From Tagaea sp. (GTDB taxonomy: Bacteria; Pseudomonadota; Alphaproteobacteria; CACIAM-22H2): 64,000 bases of DNA. The stretch is from assembly GCA_965279525.1 (NCBI GenBank), contig CBDIIB010000005.1, positions 1,184,001-1,248,000 on the forward strand, given 5' to 3'. Below are positions 61,645 to 64,000 of the stretch, piece by piece. Made by a program: the position numbers and the translations under genes. The notes beneath the pieces were generated by a model that did no database searches, was not told where the DNA came from, and was given only the letters and a program-made list of their open reading frames with translations. How positions within the stretch are numbered: position 1 is the first letter of the stretch; the number at the start of each line of letters is the position of its first letter.

Positions 61645-62456
61645 CTGACAACAATCACAAAAAGCCGCGCATCTTGGCGATCGCCAACCAGAAGGGCGGG
61701 GTCGGCAAGACGACGACCGCGATCAACCTTGCGACCGCCCTCGCGGCCGTCGGCAAGAAGGTGCTCGTCGTCGATCTCGATCCGCAGGGCAATGCTTCGA
61801 CCGGCTTCGGCATCCCGGCCGACCAGCGCGAGGTCGGTTCCTACGACGTGCTGATCGGCAATGCGACACCGGGCGAGGCGATCCAGCAATCGATGATCCC
61901 GGGCCTGACGGTGATGCCGGCCACGCCCGATCTTGCCGGGGCCGAACTTGAGCTCGTCGATCTCGAGCGGCGCGAATACCGCCTCGCCGACGCGCTGGTC
62001 GAGGCGGTGGCCAACATGAATCTCGACTACGTGATGATCGATGCCCCGCCGTCGCTGGGGCTGCTGACGCTCAACGCGCTGGTTGCTGCCGATGCGTTGC
62101 TGGTGCCGTTGCAGTGCGAGTTCTTCGCGCTCGAAGGGCTTTCCAACCTGATGCGCACGCTCGACCGCGTGCGCGACCGCTTCAACCCCAGGTTGACCCT
62201 GCAGGGCGTGGTGCTGACGATGTTCGACAAGCGCAACAACCTTTCCGAGGCGGTCGCCGCCGACGTGCGCCAGCATTTCGGCGACGTCGTCTACGAGACC
62301 GCGATCCCGCGCAACGTGCGCATCTCCGAAGCGCCGTCGCATGGCAAGCCGGTCCTGCTCTACGACCTGCGCTGCCCGGGCTCGCAGGCCTATGTGATGC
62401 TGGCAAGCGAACTGCTGAAGCGCGAAAGCATGCTCGCGACGGACCGCGCCGCATGA
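61641..62456 (+). CDS. parA: Chromosome partitioning ATPase ParA
   Basis: NQKGGVGKTT, DLDPQGN, DAPPSLG, IPRNVRISEAPS. Confidence 0.97.
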   Translation: MTDNNHKKPRILAIANQKGGVGKTTTAINLATALAAVGKKVLVVDLDPQGNASTGFGIPADQREVGSYDVLIGNATPGEAIQQSMIPGLTVMPATPDLAGAELELVDLERREYRLADALVEAVANMNLDYVMIDAPPSLGLLTLNALVAADALLVPLQCEFFALEGLSNLMRTLDRVRDRFNPRLTLQGVVLTMFDKRNNLSEAVAADVRQHFGDVVYETAIPRNVRISEAPSHGKPVLLYDLRCPGSQAYVMLASELLKRESMLATDRAA

Positions 62457-63352
62457 CGCCGGCCGACGGAAAAAAGGGATTGGGCCGCGGCCTCTCCTCG
62501 CTGCTCGGCACGCCCAACCCCGGCCAGGCCGGCGCAAACGATGCCCAGCGCGGTACGCGCAACCTGCCGGTGGGCAAGATCCATCCCGGCCGCTTCCAGC
62601 CGCGCCGCCATTTCGATGCGGCGGCACTCGCCGAACTCACCGAATCGATCAAGGCGCAAGGCGTGCTCGCCCCCATCCTCGTGCGCCGCGATCCCAAGGA
62701 TCCCACCTCGTACGAGCTGATCGCCGGCGAGCGGCGCTGGCGTGCCGCGCAAGCCGCCCAGCTCCACGAGATCCCGGCGGTCGTGAAGGATCTTTCCGAC
62801 CGCGAAGCGCTGGAAGCCGCCCTCGTCGAGAACCTGCAGCGCCAGGACCTCAACGCCATCGAAGAGGCGCTCGGCTATCGCCGGCTGATGGACGAGATGA
62901 AGTTCACGCAAGAGCGCGTCGCGGAAGCAGTGGGCAAGAGCCGGCCGCATGTCGCCAACACGCTGCGCCTGCTCGACCTGCCGGCATCGGCGCAGAAGCT
63001 GCTGGGCGAAGGCAAACTTACGCCCGCACATGCGCGCCTCGCATTGACCGCGAAGGATCCGGCGGTGTTTGCCGACATCATCGTGCGCGAGGATCTGAGC
63101 GTGCGCGCCGCCCAGGCCCGCCTCAAGGAAGCGGCCGATCCGGCGCAAACGAAGAAGAAGCTGAAAGGTGGCGGCAGTGCCGGTGCGCGCGATGCCGACA
63201 CGCGCGCGATCGAGCGGCGGCTGACCGAATCGCTCGGCCTCAAGGTCGAGCTCAAGCCCCGCAAGGGCGGTGCGGGCGAGCTCGTGCTGCATTACGGGTC
63301 GCTCGACCAGTTCGACGACCTGCTGGCCCGCCTCGAGCGCGAGCCGGACTGA
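62453..63352 (+). CDS. parB: Chromosome partitioning protein ParB
   Basis: GLGRGL, QPR, AGERRWRA, ENLQR, KSRPHVAN HTH. Confidence 0.97.
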   Translation: MTPADGKKGLGRGLSSLLGTPNPGQAGANDAQRGTRNLPVGKIHPGRFQPRRHFDAAALAELTESIKAQGVLAPILVRRDPKDPTSYELIAGERRWRAAQAAQLHEIPAVVKDLSDREALEAALVENLQRQDLNAIEEALGYRRLMDEMKFTQERVAEAVGKSRPHVANTLRLLDLPASAQKLLGEGKLTPAHARLALTAKDPAVFADIIVREDLSVRAAQARLKEAADPAQTKKKLKGGGSAGARDADTRAIERRLTESLGLKVELKPRKGGAGELVLHYGSLDQFDDLLARLEREPD

Positions 63353-63355
63353 CCG

Positions 63356-64000
63356 TCACGCGGCGGGTGCCGGCGTTTCCGCCGCCGTCATTTTCAGGAT
63401 CGCGGCTTCGCCGTTGATCGCGCGCCCCCAGACCCAGCCCAGCACGCCCAGCCGGTTCTCGAGCTGCGTATAGAGCCGGAAATTCCCGCTGTCGGCCGCG
63501 AAGGGCGGCCGGTCGGCGAAGACCAGGAACAGTGCCACCGCCAGCAACGGCGCCATGTCGGCCAGCCGGCGCACGCGCCGGCGCCGGGCGCGCGCGAGCA
63601 CGAGGGCCGCGAGCGCGCCGAGGTTGGCGACGATCGCCAGCAGCGACAGCGCCATCGACATCGGCGGCAGGAACATCGCGGCGGTCGCGTTGCGCAGCGT
63701 GCCGTCGCCGGCGTCGCGTGCGCGGGCAAGTGCGGCCACGGCGCGCGGCTCGAGTGCCACGCCCTCCAGCCGCGCCATCTCGCCGCGCGCCAGCCAGTCG
63801 CGCATTACGAGGATCTCCGGCTTGTCGCCGGTCATCCGCGCGGCCAGATTGACGAGTGCGAGACGGTGCGAATCCTCGAGCCTGCCGTCGCCCGCCCTGA
63901 GATCGGCATTCTCGACGATGCCGGCGAACACCGCTTCGCGGTAGAGCGCCAGATGGAACGCCTCGTATTGCGTTTCGACCGGCACGCGGTCGAGGACCGT
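63356..64000 (-). CDS. Hypothetical membrane protein, 5' end beyond window
   Basis: Frame stays open to base 64000; two C-terminal hydrophobic segments; host-like codon usage. Confidence 0.55.
   Translation of the reverse strand, partial: TVLDRVPVETQYEAFHLALYREAVFAGIVENADLRAGDGRLEDSHRLALVNLAARMTGDKPEILVMRDWLARGEMARLEGVALEPRAVAALARARDAGDGTLRNATAAMFLPPMSMALSLLAIVANLGALAALVLARARRRRVRRLADMAPLLAVALFLVFADRPPFAADSGNFRLYTQLENRLGVLGWVWGRAINGEAAILKMTAAETPAPAA

Overview
This is the origin-proximal chromosome of a high-GC alphaproteobacterium (Rhodospirillales-like gene order). Bases 22473-64000 are core genome: a chemotaxis operon, his genes, hslVU, mltA/timA/secB/dnaQ/coaE/maf, the DUF299 (PSRP)-oriC-hemE-hemH-hemJ-rho block, and mnmE-mnmG-rsmG-parA-parB. 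At 22472/22473 comM is cut: only its 3' part is present, and to its left lies a Tn7/Tn6022-like transposon (tnsA-tnsB-tnsC ... tniQ) whose other end is not recognisable in the window. The element carries a stacked nucleotide-signalling defence island. A type II CBASS (DncV-like CD-NTase, Cap2, Cap3, divergent patatin) sits between tnsC and tniQ. Beyond tniQ lies a second module: a stand-alone diadenylate-cyclase-like (DisA_N/DAC) gene head-to-head with an S-2TM-beta (Cap15-like) effector, an AGS-C-fused CD-NTase and a small unknown ORF. The DAC + 2TM-beta pair beside two CD-NTases is the best candidate for an undescribed system, possibly a Panoptes-like decoy-nucleotide guard built on a DAC fold. 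Bases 1-9874 encode a sulfatase/sugar-acid catabolic and ABC uptake cluster, probably also cargo. All calls come from motif recognition by eye; no searches were run.
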